Assembly (NCBI GenBank): GCA_902798385.1
Contig: CADBWK010000008.1
Span: 13,723 to 77,722, forward strand
DNA length: 64,000 bases
Direction of reading: 5' to 3'
Source of the DNA: an uncultured Bacteroidales bacterium
Lineage (GTDB): Bacteria > Bacteroidota > Bacteroidia > Bacteroidales > Paludibacteraceae
The notes under the pieces were generated by a model. That model ran no database searches and was not told where the DNA came from. It was given only the letters and a program-made list of their open reading frames with translations. The position numbers were made by a program, and so were the translations under genes. This document shows positions 34,052 through 43,491 of this stretch, piece after piece; the stretch's first letter is position 1; each line of letters starts with the position of its first letter.

Positions 34052-36245
34052 CACACAACGGGAGGCGGTGACGTATACCGAAGGGGCATCGCTTATCGTG
34101 GCGGGTGCGGGTTCGGGCAAGACCCGCGTGCTGACCTATCGCATCGCGTACCTGCTCCAGCAAGGCGTGCCGGCGAGCCGTATCATGGCCCTCACCTTCA
34201 CCAACAAAGCTGCGCGCGAGATGAAAGAGCGTATCTGGAAGTTAGTGGGCGACGAAGCCCGCTATCTCATGATGGGTACGTTCCATCATGTATGCACGAA
34301 ACTGCTGCGACCGGAAGCGGATAAGTTGGGCTTCACGCGCGACTTCACTATCTACGATACCACCGACAGCAAATCGGTGCTCAAAGCTATCTGTAAGGAG
34401 CGCGGGTTGGACGAGAAGATATACAAACCCGGCGCCGTACAGGCGCGTATCTCTATGCTCAAGAACAGCGGCGTGAGTCCGGCGCAGTATGGCGCGAACA
34501 CACAGTTGCTGCGCGAGGATCGCGAAGCGCGGATGTACGAGATGATGACCGTTTATGAGCAGTATCAGGTGCGTCTAAGGGCAGCGAACGCGATGGATTT
34601 TGATGATTTGCTCATCAATACGCTTGTGCTCATGCGCACATTCTCCGACGTACGCGAGCGGATACAGACGCAGTTCCAATATATCTTAGTCGATGAGTAC
34701 CAGGACACGAACTATATCCAGTTCCTGCTGGTGAAGATGCTTGCCGAGCCGCAGAATAACATCTGCGTCGTGGGCGATGATGCGCAGAGTATCTACTCCT
34801 TCCGCGGAGCAGATATACGGAATATCCTCAATTTCCGCCAGCAGTATCCCGACGCCAAGCTCTTCAAGCTCGAGCGTAACTACCGCTCTACGCAGACGAT
34901 TGTCAACGCGGCTAACTCGCTCATTCATAAGAACGTTCACCAGATCGAAAAGACCGTTTATTCGGAAAAGGAGCAGGGTCAACCGCTACACTTACAGCCG
35001 TACATGGACGATCGTACGGAGGCGCTGGGCGTAGCGACCGCTATTCAGCGTCAGAAGCATAAAGGCTACGACTCATTCGCGGTGCTGTACCGCACGAATG
35101 CGCAGAGCCGTGTGATCGAAGGCGAGTTGCGCAAACTCAATATCCCGTACCGTATCTACGGCGGTACGTCTTTCTACCAGCGCAAGGAGATCAAGGATGC
35201 GCTCGGTTACTTGCGTCTGGCGGTTAACCCGCGCGATAACGAAGCGCTGCTGCGTATCGTGGGTTTCCCGGGACGCGGTATCGGCGAGACAACGATGAAG
35301 AAAGTATCGCTCAACGCCATCGAGCATCATAAACCCTACCTCGACGTCATGCGTCGGCCGGAAGAGACCGGACTCGATGTCGGCGCCGGTATCGCCAAGA
35401 AACTGCAGGCTTTTGCAGCGTATATGGACGGGCTGAGCGAGCAGAGCGAAACGATGGACGCCTATGCCTTCACGGAGATGGTACTGCGCACCTCGGGCGT
35501 GATGACGGCCTTGGCGTTGGATCGCTCCACCGAAGGCATCGACCGCGCGCAGAACGTGCAGGAGTTGCTGAACGCCATTCGAGAGTTCGTGGAGCAACGG
35601 GCGAATGAGGGTATCGACTATACGCCGATCACCGATTTCCTCTCAGAGGTCAGTCTGCAGACCGATCAGGACGAGAACCTGACGGACACCTCGGAGCGCG
35701 TGACGCTGATGACTGTTCATGCTGCGAAAGGACTCGAGTTCCCGGTGGTGTTCATCGTCGGGATGGAGGAGAACCTCTTCCCTTCGCAGTTTGCCGTCAA
35801 GCCGAACGAGATCGAAGAAGAACGACGTCTGCTGTATGTCGCCATCACGCGTGCCATGGAGCAATGCCATCTGAGTTTTGCGCGCCAGCGCTTCCGCAAC
35901 GGAACATTCAATTTCGCTTCGCCGAGCCGGTTCTTGAACGATATCGACCGGCAGTTCTTTGAACTACAGCGACCGAAGGAACCTGGTACCCCTAGGATCC
36001 CTAGTATTCCTAGTGTTCCCAAATCACCAATCACCAATCTCCAATCTCCAATCACCAATAACCAATCTCCCATCCCTTCCGTCTGGAAGGAAGGCGACCG
36101 CGTGAGTCATCGCGTGTTCGGGGTTGGCACCGTACTGCGCGTGTATCGCGATGAGGTGACGGAGAACGATAAGATAGAGATCCGCTTCGATACCCAAGGC
36201 ACGAAGACGCTGCTGCTCACGCATGCGAAGTTAGAGCGTGCGTAA
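34026..36245 (+). CDS. uvrD: ATP-dependent DNA helicase, UvrD/PcrA/Rep family
   Basis: 739 aa. Walker A AGAGSGKT and motif II VDEYQDTN are present. The C-terminal Tudor-like segment reads WKEGDRVSHRVFGVGTVLRV. Confidence 0.92.
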   Translation: MDFLDQLNNTQREAVTYTEGASLIVAGAGSGKTRVLTYRIAYLLQQGVPASRIMALTFTNKAAREMKERIWKLVGDEARYLMMGTFHHVCTKLLRPEADKLGFTRDFTIYDTTDSKSVLKAICKERGLDEKIYKPGAVQARISMLKNSGVSPAQYGANTQLLREDREARMYEMMTVYEQYQVRLRAANAMDFDDLLINTLVLMRTFSDVRERIQTQFQYILVDEYQDTNYIQFLLVKMLAEPQNNICVVGDDAQSIYSFRGADIRNILNFRQQYPDAKLFKLERNYRSTQTIVNAANSLIHKNVHQIEKTVYSEKEQGQPLHLQPYMDDRTEALGVATAIQRQKHKGYDSFAVLYRTNAQSRVIEGELRKLNIPYRIYGGTSFYQRKEIKDALGYLRLAVNPRDNEALLRIVGFPGRGIGETTMKKVSLNAIEHHKPYLDVMRRPEETGLDVGAGIAKKLQAFAAYMDGLSEQSETMDAYAFTEMVLRTSGVMTALALDRSTEGIDRAQNVQELLNAIREFVEQRANEGIDYTPITDFLSEVSLQTDQDENLTDTSERVTLMTVHAAKGLEFPVVFIVGMEENLFPSQFAVKPNEIEEERRLLYVAITRAMEQCHLSFARQRFRNGTFNFASPSRFLNDIDRQFFELQRPKEPGTPRIPSIPSVPKSPITNLQSPITNNQSPIPSVWKEGDRVSHRVFGVGTVLRVYRDEVTENDKIEIRFDTQGTKTLLLTHAKLERA
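35991..36070 (+). repeat. Composite in-frame repeat block in uvrD: CCTAG-family units followed by seven CCAATCA/CCAATCT heptamers
   Basis: cctaggatccctagtattcctagtgttcc followed by caaatcaccaatcaccaatctccaatctccaatcaccaataaccaatctcc encodes PRIPSIPSVPKSPITNLQSPITNNQSPI. Confidence 0.9.
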
Positions 36246-36266
36246 TGGTAATTGGTTATTGGTAAA
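36242..36266. repeat. Inverted-orientation ACCAAT-family heptamers bridging the convergent uvrD and chrA stops
   Basis: The sequence is taatggtaattggttattggtaaat. The 13-mer attggttattggt (36250-36262) is the exact reverse complement of accaataaccaat (36054-36066). Confidence 0.9.
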
Positions 36267-36819
36267 TGAAGTATCCGGTGAGACCGGCGAGAACGATGAG
36301 TAGAATAGGGTGACTGATGATGTCGGTCACCTTGTTTTTTGCGAAATTCGGCAGGATGGTCAGTGCGGCGACCACGGCGAAGATGATCCAACTGGTAGTA
36401 TCAATGAAATTGGTCGGTTTGATGAGCATCAAAGCCGCCGAAGCAACGAGACCGATGACCGTGAAACGCAGCATACGAAGCGTTTGCTCGTAATACGGAT
36501 TACCTTGGAACTTATTGCTCAGCCAGAAATAAGCCTTGCAGATAGAGAGCATGATAATCAGACTCGGTAGTACGATGGCCGTCGTGGCTAATACACTGCC
36601 CCAGAAACCGGCGGTGGTATAACCGACGTAGGTGGCGCAGTTGATACCGATTGGACCCGGAGTAACCTGACTCACCGCCACGATATCGACGAACTCCTGC
36701 TGGCTCATCCACCCATGACTCTCCACCTCCATCTGGATGAGGGAGAGAATCGCCAAGCCGCCGCCGAAACCGAACAGACCTATTTTGAAGAACGATATGA
36801 AGAGAGCCAGGTAGAGCAT
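36256..36819 (-). CDS. chrA: Chromate transporter (CHR family) half-protein
   Basis: I chose the ATG at 36819 (MLYLALFISFFKIGLFGFGGGLAILSLIQ...). The track start at 36852 is a TTG. It forms a pair with the upstream CHR gene. Confidence 0.8.
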   Translation of the reverse strand: MLYLALFISFFKIGLFGFGGGLAILSLIQMEVESHGWMSQQEFVDIVAVSQVTPGPIGINCATYVGYTTAGFWGSVLATTAIVLPSLIIMLSICKAYFWLSNKFQGNPYYEQTLRMLRFTVIGLVASAALMLIKPTNFIDTTSWIIFAVVAALTILPNFAKNKVTDIISHPILLIVLAGLTGYFIYQ

Positions 36820-37322
36820 AGTGTTAATACGATAGTTGCTAAAATAACCCAAACGGGATTAACATGTCCGAGCCAGATAAGAAGTGCTGCTGCGATGGGG
36901 ATAAGGGCGGTGATCCAGCTGATCTTGGCGGACTTAGCCATTTTGAACAAGGGTGCAGCGATGAGAGCGACCACCGCCGGACGGATTCCTTTGAAGGCCG
37001 CTTCGACTGCCGGCAGTTCTTTCCAGTCTTGGAAGATCATCGCGATCGCGAGGATGATGAGGAAGGACGGCAGTACAGCACCTAATACCGCACCGAACAC
37101 GCCTTTCCATCCGCCTACGCGCCAACCGATGAAGATAGCCGAGTTGACGGCGATCAGTCCCGGTGCAGCTTGCGCCAGGGCAATCATATTGAGGAACTCC
37201 TCCTCGTCAATCCAGCCTTGCCGGTCGACTACCTCGCGTTGGATAAGGGGTAGCATGGCATAACCTCCACCGAGGGTGAAGGTGCCGATCTTGAGATATG
37301 TCCAAAATAATTGTAAGAACAC
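36780..37322 (-). CDS. chrA: Chromate transporter (CHR family) half-protein
   Basis: 180 aa with a GTG start. FLQLFWTYLKIGTFTLGGGYAMLPLIQREVV is the CHR signature. Confidence 0.8.
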   Translation of the reverse strand: MFLQLFWTYLKIGTFTLGGGYAMLPLIQREVVDRQGWIDEEEFLNMIALAQAAPGLIAVNSAIFIGWRVGGWKGVFGAVLGAVLPSFLIILAIAMIFQDWKELPAVEAAFKGIRPAVVALIAAPLFKMAKSAKISWITALIPIAAALLIWLGHVNPVWVILATIVLTLCSTWLSSYRSSK

Positions 37323-37942
37323 TAATCCTTGTTCTCGCGCAGTTGCTGCTTGATGAACTTCGAGAGCATGTTGATCGCTGCGTTGTTATGACCGCCCTGC
37401 GGCACAATCACATCCGCGAAGCGTTTACAAGGCTCGATGAACTGCTCGTGCATCGGTTTGAGCACACGTTTGTAGCGCTCGATAACCTGCTCGGCGGTAC
37501 GACCACGCTCCACGACGTCACGTTTCATCACGCGGATAAGGCGCTCGTCTGCATCGGCATCTACGAAGATCTTCAGATCCATCTGGTCGCGCATCTTCGG
37601 CTCACGCAACGCCATAATACCTTCTACTACGATCACCTCTCTGGGCTCGATATGCACAGTCTCTTTCGAGCGCGTACAAGTGATATAGGAGTAGATCGGT
37701 TGCTCGATGGGTTTACCCTCTTTGAGCAGGGCGATATGCTTGGTCAGCAAGTTCCAATCGAACGCATCGGGGTGGTCGAAGTTGATGTTCTGACGCTCCT
37801 CCACGGGAACGTGACTGCTGTCTTTGTAATACGAGTCTTGGGGGATAACTACCACTTCGCCTTTCGGAAGGCGCTCAATGAGTTTTCTGACTACCGTTGT
37901 TTTACCCGAGCCGGTACCGCCCGCAATGCCGATGATAAACAT
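37322..37942 (-). CDS. udk: Uridine kinase
   Basis: 206 aa. P-loop IGIAGGTGSGKTT, plus NFDHPDAFD and VEGI motifs. Confidence 0.93.
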   Translation of the reverse strand: MFIIGIAGGTGSGKTTVVRKLIERLPKGEVVVIPQDSYYKDSSHVPVEERQNINFDHPDAFDWNLLTKHIALLKEGKPIEQPIYSYITCTRSKETVHIEPREVIVVEGIMALREPKMRDQMDLKIFVDADADERLIRVMKRDVVERGRTAEQVIERYKRVLKPMHEQFIEPCKRFADVIVPQGGHNNAAINMLSKFIKQQLRENKD

Positions 37943-37970
37943 AAGAGAGTGTTTGTTTTCTTTCGGGCTA

Positions 37971-38002
37971 CAAAATTACTACAAAAATTTGGAATATACA
38001 AG
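37971..38002 (-). promoter_or_regulatory. Promoter for udk-chrA
   Basis: The minus strand reads CTTGTATATTCCAAATTTTTGTAGTAATTTTG. The -7 box ends 28 nt from the ATG. Confidence 0.7.
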
Positions 38003-38055
38003 GATTTGACGATAAAAATCAAAAAATGCTTGCATATTTTGTTGTTTAGGCGTTT

Positions 38056-41000
38056 TTAGAACGGATAACCGATACCGAAGTTGATGCGGATGGCATCGAG
38101 TGCGGAGGGGATGTTATAGTAACTCTTGATGGGTCGCGTCAAGTCGGGTTTGCCTTCTTTGTCGTACTTGAATGTCTGATACGGCGCATGAATGCCGACA
38201 CCGATGTCGAGACGTACCACGAGACCGTCTATATCCAATCGCAGACCGGCACCCGTACCGAGGGCAATCTGTTTGGCGAACTCCGGATTGTTGATGATGC
38301 CGTCGTAGAGTGTCTCGGGTATCTCGAGGCGCGTGAGGTAGTCATCGAAACCGGCGGCTTTGAACAGATCCACGGTGGAGTACCAGTTCCATACGTTTCC
38401 GGCATCCAGGAACGCGGCGCCGAACAGTTTCCATACGATGGGGAAGCGGAACTCGAAGTTCGCTTCGAGTTTCACATCGCCGGAGTGGAAGAAGTTCTGG
38501 TTGTACTTCGCCGAATAGAAATTACCCGGTCCGTAGGCGTACGGCGACGAGGCACGAAGACTGTTGGGACCACCGGTATAGAACGCCTCCGAGAGGGGCG
38601 AGAAATGCGAGTTACCGAGCGGGATGTTCGCCCCGGCGTAGAGACGCGTAGCGATACAGATCTTGTCCGTGAAATTGAATTTGTTCCGCAGCTCGGCGGT
38701 CAGTTTGACGAACTGGTTAAAGGTGATCTTGCCGAGCGGTTTGTCTTTGTCATCCCATTTATAGCCGAAGAGGCAATAGAGCGCGTTGATGAGGTTACCC
38801 GACTCCTTGACGCCGAGGTCGAGGAAGGTATTTACCGCGCGTTTGGAGCGGTAGTTATCATAGGTAAAGTTATACCCGATCGACGGAATGAACTCATTGC
38901 CGGCAATGACTTTGATCAGTTGCGGGTACTCCGCGGCTTTGTTGAGCAGACTGTCTGTCTCGGCTTTCATCAGCACCACGGAGAGCGAGAAAGGCGTGAA
39001 GGCGTGCGTGACATAGGAGTTATTGGCGGAGCGGATGAAATAGGTGAACGAACCGCTCAGTTTATGTACGCCGTAGCCGCCGGCGATGTTCTCATACTGA
39101 TAGCCGAGCATGTAGCGCGTGTCGCCGTCGGGGTTGTTGTCGCCGACCCAATGCAGGTAGGGGAAGATAAGCGAGGCGTTGAGACCGAGCTTGTACGTAT
39201 CGGTCTTCTTGGGGTCACCCGGATGGCGGTTGCGCAGCGCCCAGTAATATGCGCCGTTGCCCTTGAGGATAAACGACTCGCCCTTACCCAGCACGTTCTT
39301 GATGGTCGATTTGAGCGTGAGATCCGGACCGATACTGTTGTTCGAGCGGTAGGCTATACCCGCATCGGCCGACAGACCGTAGGTGCGGTTGATGCTATCC
39401 CCCCGGAACAGTTGCTTGCGTTTCCAATCCTTCGTGGCTCGCACGGCGAGACCGGTTTTGTATAGTTCGCCCTCGAAGACATTGTTATAGTCGCGCTGCG
39501 AGTAGAGACGAAGCAGTACATCGCCGTCTTTGGTTAGTTTGTAATCGGCGGTGAAATTGGAGAACATACCGGTCGTTTTATTGACCTCGGGGTTATCCGT
39601 GAGGGTCGAACCAAGGGTGAGGCGCAGCTTGTCTTTGAAGAACGACTTACTGATCGATAGGTTCATGTCATTGGTGGTACCGGCCGTGTGGTCGCTCTGA
39701 CCGCTACTGAGGTCTATATCCACGAACTTACCCACTTTCGAGTTCGCCAGCGCGGCGTTGATACGGCTGTTGATGATGGACGAGAGGGCGTATCCGTCGC
39801 GTTGTGCCGCTACGTTACTCTCTCCGACATACATACCTGTCGCGAGCAGGGTAGCAGCGAGTCCTTCGCGGGTGTCCTCATCCAGACCGGCTAACTCGCG
39901 GGTGATGGTCTCATCTTCCGGGGCTTCCAGGAAGAAACCGATACTTCGTATCTCGATCGAGTCCACCACGCCGTTCACCCGTACACCCGTTCGGAAATCT
40001 ACACGGCGCGTGTCCTCGTCTTCGGACTCCACATCGGCTTTCACTTGCTGCGAAGCAGAGATAGCCAGTTTGGTCTGACCGATAGGGCCGTTGAAGGCGA
40101 TATGACTGCCGGAATCTACATGGAACGGCATGATCGGGTAGGCTTTGGGGGAGTAACGCACCAATCCGTCATCGACGTTGATCTGACCGCCTAACTGCAG
40201 GTCTCCGTCTGCCGTGCTATAGCGCGCATTGACCGTACCGTGGGGCTTGACCTGCGCGAGGTTTTTCTTATCGATGGGGTACGTGATATCCGTTACCGGC
40301 AGCAACGTCAGATCGACATCGGCTACGATGGCATTGAGCGGACCGGTCACGCGACCGCGGATATCGGTGGCGAGTTCGCCATATACAGGGAACGGACCGC
40401 CTTTGGTCAGTTTGACCGGCGCAAAACTATCTGCAGCCAGCGTGACGTCCAGACGCATCCTATCGAGATCCAGACCGCCGTTGAGGGCGATGAACGTGCT
40501 GTCCACCGCATAGATAGGCAGACCGTTCAGATCGACGTGGTTGTGGCGCATGATGATCGGCGTCTCGCCCAAACCGATGGCTATCTCGTAGGGTTTGTAC
40601 TCGGCGGTTACCCCGAGCGGCTGTACGTCGGCGGAGATATCCTGTTTGTAGGGCAAGCCGTCGATGGACGCTGAGGCTCGTACCGCACCGGTGATACCGA
40701 TGTCCTCCGGTAGGGTCACGAAACTATGCATCAGTTCGAGCGGTATATCATCCAGTTGTACATCTGCCCGCAGGGCATTTGCGTAGGTCTTCGAGGGAGC
40801 GATCTGTAGATCAACGGAGTGGTTGCCTAAGTCTTTATTCGCATATCGGATGCTATCCAGTTGCAGTTTCCCACCGCCGTATAAGTTACGTCCTTCACGC
40901 ATCAAGTCCAACCGAAACGCCGCGTCGGTACAGAGGTCATAGAAACTTGCTGCACCATCCGTGAGGTGCGTGTCGGCAGCAAGCATCGCATTCGTGTACC

Positions 41001-42630
41001 CTTCCATCATGCGAATCTCCGTGGAGGCCTTTACCGCCGGTAGGCGAAGCGAATCAGGCAGGTGAAGGGTGAGCGGAGAGAGTTTGAACGTGGTCTGCTG
41101 CGAATCGGAGCGCAGCGCCACATCGACCTTGTCAAACGCGATACCGGTCTTGTCAATGATCGATTGGATGGGACTGCCTTTGCGCAGGGTGATATCGGCA
41201 TTGAGAGCCGGTATCTTACGACGGATCGTATCCAGTACGGTGAGGTCAGAGAGCGTCGTGAGGGATGCTATGACGGCCGAGTCGCTCACGGTCTGAACGA
41301 GCGGTGAGATACGGTCGATGAGGGTCATGAGCGGCATCGGGGACGAGATATCCGCCTTGAGTCCCGGCATCGCGAGGTTGAGCGAAGTGACGCTGTCCGT
41401 CGAACCATCAAAACGCGTGTGAGACAGATTGAATTGGTCATAGATAGCTTGATCCAAACGCAGTTTGACATGACTCCGCATAGGGCGTTTGGGGTTGATA
41501 CCCTTACCCTTCGCTTCTATATCGCCGGCAAGCACGATGCGCGTCGAGTCCTTGAGGAACGGACTGAGGTTCACGCGGTCGATATGCACCGAGGCATCGT
41601 ATGCCTCATCGTCGATGTCGTAGGTAGCCCGCAGACTCGCTTTGCTGCCTTGGTACTCCGCATCGCCGTTGGCCTCCACCCGCATGGTCTTGAGGTTCAT
41701 TTTCGTCGCATAGAGATCGGCTTTGGCACCCATCTCATCGGAGCGTACATGCAGACCGTTACTCGTGATGAGACCGTTGTTTAAGTTCACCCGTGCGCCG
41801 CCGTAGATCGTATCCGCGGGGATACGGAGGGCGTTTAGACCGAAGGTGAACCCGCCTACGTTCAGTCGCTGTGCATCGTAGATATTAGCACCAACGTCAA
41901 CCAGCGCCTCGGTGGACAGCGAACGCGTGCGGATATCCAGATTGAGCGGCGTCATCGCGTAGTGGATATTGCGTAACTCACCATCAGGCAGGTCGAAGGT
42001 CAGCAGCAGCGGCGTGGTGTCCTTTGCCGTGGTATCCGGCGGAGTCTCGCGCAGGTCGATGAGCACATCGGCATCCTCAAGACGCAGACCATGCAGCGGA
42101 TACTTGCCTTCGGCAATGATCAACTCCGGACTCGATACATCCAATAAACCTACGATGGCATCGATGCCTACGGAGGCAATCAGACTGTCGGAGTGGAAAG
42201 TGGTTTGGTCGAGATGCAGATTCTCGACCAAAATTGGAATATTGATGATTGATGATTGGTGGTTGGTGAATTGGCTGGTCTTCGCCACCGCTTTCAGGTG
42301 TAGCGCGCGCGTGTATATTAAGGTGTCTTGTCCGCGATGACCGACGAAGAGGCTGTCGATTTGAATCTCGAGCGGCAGATCGCCTTCTCCTTTGTACGCG
42401 CGGTAGAGCACCATCGGCGAATGGTGGAAGGGCGAGAGATAGAGGTGACCCAAGTCGATGTCGTAGTCCGTCTTCTCATTGGCGATCGTGACACCTTTCT
42501 CGAGTATCGCCATACGCGCAGCGGGTGTCATCACAACACCTGCCACCGCGATCACCAGCAGCAATACCAATCCCAGCACCACGCCTATCACCGCGGTCGG
42601 AATCTTCCATATTAAGCTGCGTTTGCTCAC
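38056..42630 (-). CDS. tamB: TamB-like translocation/assembly protein fused to an Omp85/BamA-type beta-barrel C-terminus
   Basis: 1524 aa single ORF with a GTG start. It has an N-terminal TM anchor (IPTAVIGVVLGLVLLLVIAVAGVV), a long beta-rich body, and a DUF490-like segment (DETITRELAGLDEDTREGLAATLLATG). The last ~448 aa carry Omp85 hallmarks: AFYTGGPNSLRASSPY, FLDAGNVWNW, GTGAGLRLD, and a terminal GIGYPF. Confidence 0.8.
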   Translation of the reverse strand: MSKRSLIWKIPTAVIGVVLGLVLLLVIAVAGVVMTPAARMAILEKGVTIANEKTDYDIDLGHLYLSPFHHSPMVLYRAYKGEGDLPLEIQIDSLFVGHRGQDTLIYTRALHLKAVAKTSQFTNHQSSIINIPILVENLHLDQTTFHSDSLIASVGIDAIVGLLDVSSPELIIAEGKYPLHGLRLEDADVLIDLRETPPDTTAKDTTPLLLTFDLPDGELRNIHYAMTPLNLDIRTRSLSTEALVDVGANIYDAQRLNVGGFTFGLNALRIPADTIYGGARVNLNNGLITSNGLHVRSDEMGAKADLYATKMNLKTMRVEANGDAEYQGSKASLRATYDIDDEAYDASVHIDRVNLSPFLKDSTRIVLAGDIEAKGKGINPKRPMRSHVKLRLDQAIYDQFNLSHTRFDGSTDSVTSLNLAMPGLKADISSPMPLMTLIDRISPLVQTVSDSAVIASLTTLSDLTVLDTIRRKIPALNADITLRKGSPIQSIIDKTGIAFDKVDVALRSDSQQTTFKLSPLTLHLPDSLRLPAVKASTEIRMMEGYTNAMLAADTHLTDGAASFYDLCTDAAFRLDLMREGRNLYGGGKLQLDSIRYANKDLGNHSVDLQIAPSKTYANALRADVQLDDIPLELMHSFVTLPEDIGITGAVRASASIDGLPYKQDISADVQPLGVTAEYKPYEIAIGLGETPIIMRHNHVDLNGLPIYAVDSTFIALNGGLDLDRMRLDVTLAADSFAPVKLTKGGPFPVYGELATDIRGRVTGPLNAIVADVDLTLLPVTDITYPIDKKNLAQVKPHGTVNARYSTADGDLQLGGQINVDDGLVRYSPKAYPIMPFHVDSGSHIAFNGPIGQTKLAISASQQVKADVESEDEDTRRVDFRTGVRVNGVVDSIEIRSIGFFLEAPEDETITRELAGLDEDTREGLAATLLATGMYVGESNVAAQRDGYALSSIINSRINAALANSKVGKFVDIDLSSGQSDHTAGTTNDMNLSISKSFFKDKLRLTLGSTLTDNPEVNKTTGMFSNFTADYKLTKDGDVLLRLYSQRDYNNVFEGELYKTGLAVRATKDWKRKQLFRGDSINRTYGLSADAGIAYRSNNSIGPDLTLKSTIKNVLGKGESFILKGNGAYYWALRNRHPGDPKKTDTYKLGLNASLIFPYLHWVGDNNPDGDTRYMLGYQYENIAGGYGVHKLSGSFTYFIRSANNSYVTHAFTPFSLSVVLMKAETDSLLNKAAEYPQLIKVIAGNEFIPSIGYNFTYDNYRSKRAVNTFLDLGVKESGNLINALYCLFGYKWDDKDKPLGKITFNQFVKLTAELRNKFNFTDKICIATRLYAGANIPLGNSHFSPLSEAFYTGGPNSLRASSPYAYGPGNFYSAKYNQNFFHSGDVKLEANFEFRFPIVWKLFGAAFLDAGNVWNWYSTVDLFKAAGFDDYLTRLEIPETLYDGIINNPEFAKQIALGTGAGLRLDIDGLVVRLDIGVGIHAPYQTFKYDKEGKPDLTRPIKSYYNIPSALDAIRINFGIGYPF
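42231..42278 (-). repeat. In-frame heptamer array (ACCAATC/ATCAATC family) inside tamB
   Basis: The minus strand ccaattcaccaaccaccaatcatcaatcatcaatattccaat encodes QFTNHQSSIINIP. Confidence 0.85.
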
Positions 42631-43455
42631 TTAGAAACTCTTCTGAACACCGAATTTGAGTCCGTACAAGCCCGGCGTGAACTGGTTCGCCAGCAGGTTA
42701 CGCAGTTTACCCGAGAAGATGATGATATCATTCGTGTACTCATTGCCTTTATCGGCGTAGATACGGGCCGTTCCGCTATATCCGAAACTCATGATGGAGA
42801 AGAAGATCTGGAACGAGCGCTTACGGCTGAACTGATAGGTGATGACCGGCGATACCTGCACACCGTACGTGACGTTATATTTGAGTCCGTCATAGTCGGT
42901 ACCCGTTATATTCCCGCTAACCACACGCGGAAACTCCATACCGGTATATAAGTGTGCCTCGAGCCAGATACCTAACTTATCGTTAAAAAACGATTTCAGA
43001 CGATAACGTACGTAGGGCGTCACTTCCCATGTACCGCGCATCACACGCATATCTTGCGAGATCGTAAGCGTGTCCACCGTGTAGGAATAAGTATTTAATG
43101 TGTTTTGGTACGAACCGCCTACACGCATACCTAAATAGAGACGCTCTTTGAGTTTCCATCCGATCTCCGGCTCGATGGCGATCGACCATCCGTTCTCTTT
43201 CGTGTTCGCCTTCGAGTCATGATGCCAATAGATATCGAAGTTATAGCCGTAGTAGAGTTTTTTCTTCCACTCCGGTCTATCATCTACTACGGATAACGTA
43301 GTCACACTGTCTAATGCCGTGTGCGTCTCACCGATGACCGTAGCTACGGCTCCTGCACCTGCTGCCAGGGGATCACTGTCATTCTGCGCATTCTGCGCTT
43401 TTGCGGTAACTGCTCCCAGCAGTATCACCGCCAAGAAATATGCATATTTTTTCAT
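42631..43455 (-). CDS. Small outer-membrane beta-barrel protein
   Basis: I chose the ATG at 43455 (MKKYAYFLAVILLGAVTAKAQ signal peptide). The sequence has alternating amphipathic strands and a terminal aromatic residue (KFGVQKSF). Its stop abuts the tamB GTG. Confidence 0.75.
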   Translation of the reverse strand: MKKYAYFLAVILLGAVTAKAQNAQNDSDPLAAGAGAVATVIGETHTALDSVTTLSVVDDRPEWKKKLYYGYNFDIYWHHDSKANTKENGWSIAIEPEIGWKLKERLYLGMRVGGSYQNTLNTYSYTVDTLTISQDMRVMRGTWEVTPYVRYRLKSFFNDKLGIWLEAHLYTGMEFPRVVSGNITGTDYDGLKYNVTYGVQVSPVITYQFSRKRSFQIFFSIMSFGYSGTARIYADKGNEYTNDIIIFSGKLRNLLANQFTPGLYGLKFGVQKSF

Positions 43456-43470
43456 AACTCTCAACTATTA

Positions 43471-43491
43471 ACTCTTCACTTTTCACTCTTC
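43471..43491. repeat. GTGAAAAG/GTGAAGAG word repeat at the antiporter stop
   Basis: The plus strand is actcttcacttttcactcttc. The same word family occurs at 55575-55606. Confidence 0.75.

Noticed and set aside
36820-36852. TTG start extending the second chrA half-gene
   Set aside because: It would increase the overlap with the upstream gene to 73 nt. The ATG at 36819 precedes the conserved FFKIGLFGFGGG segment at the usual distance.
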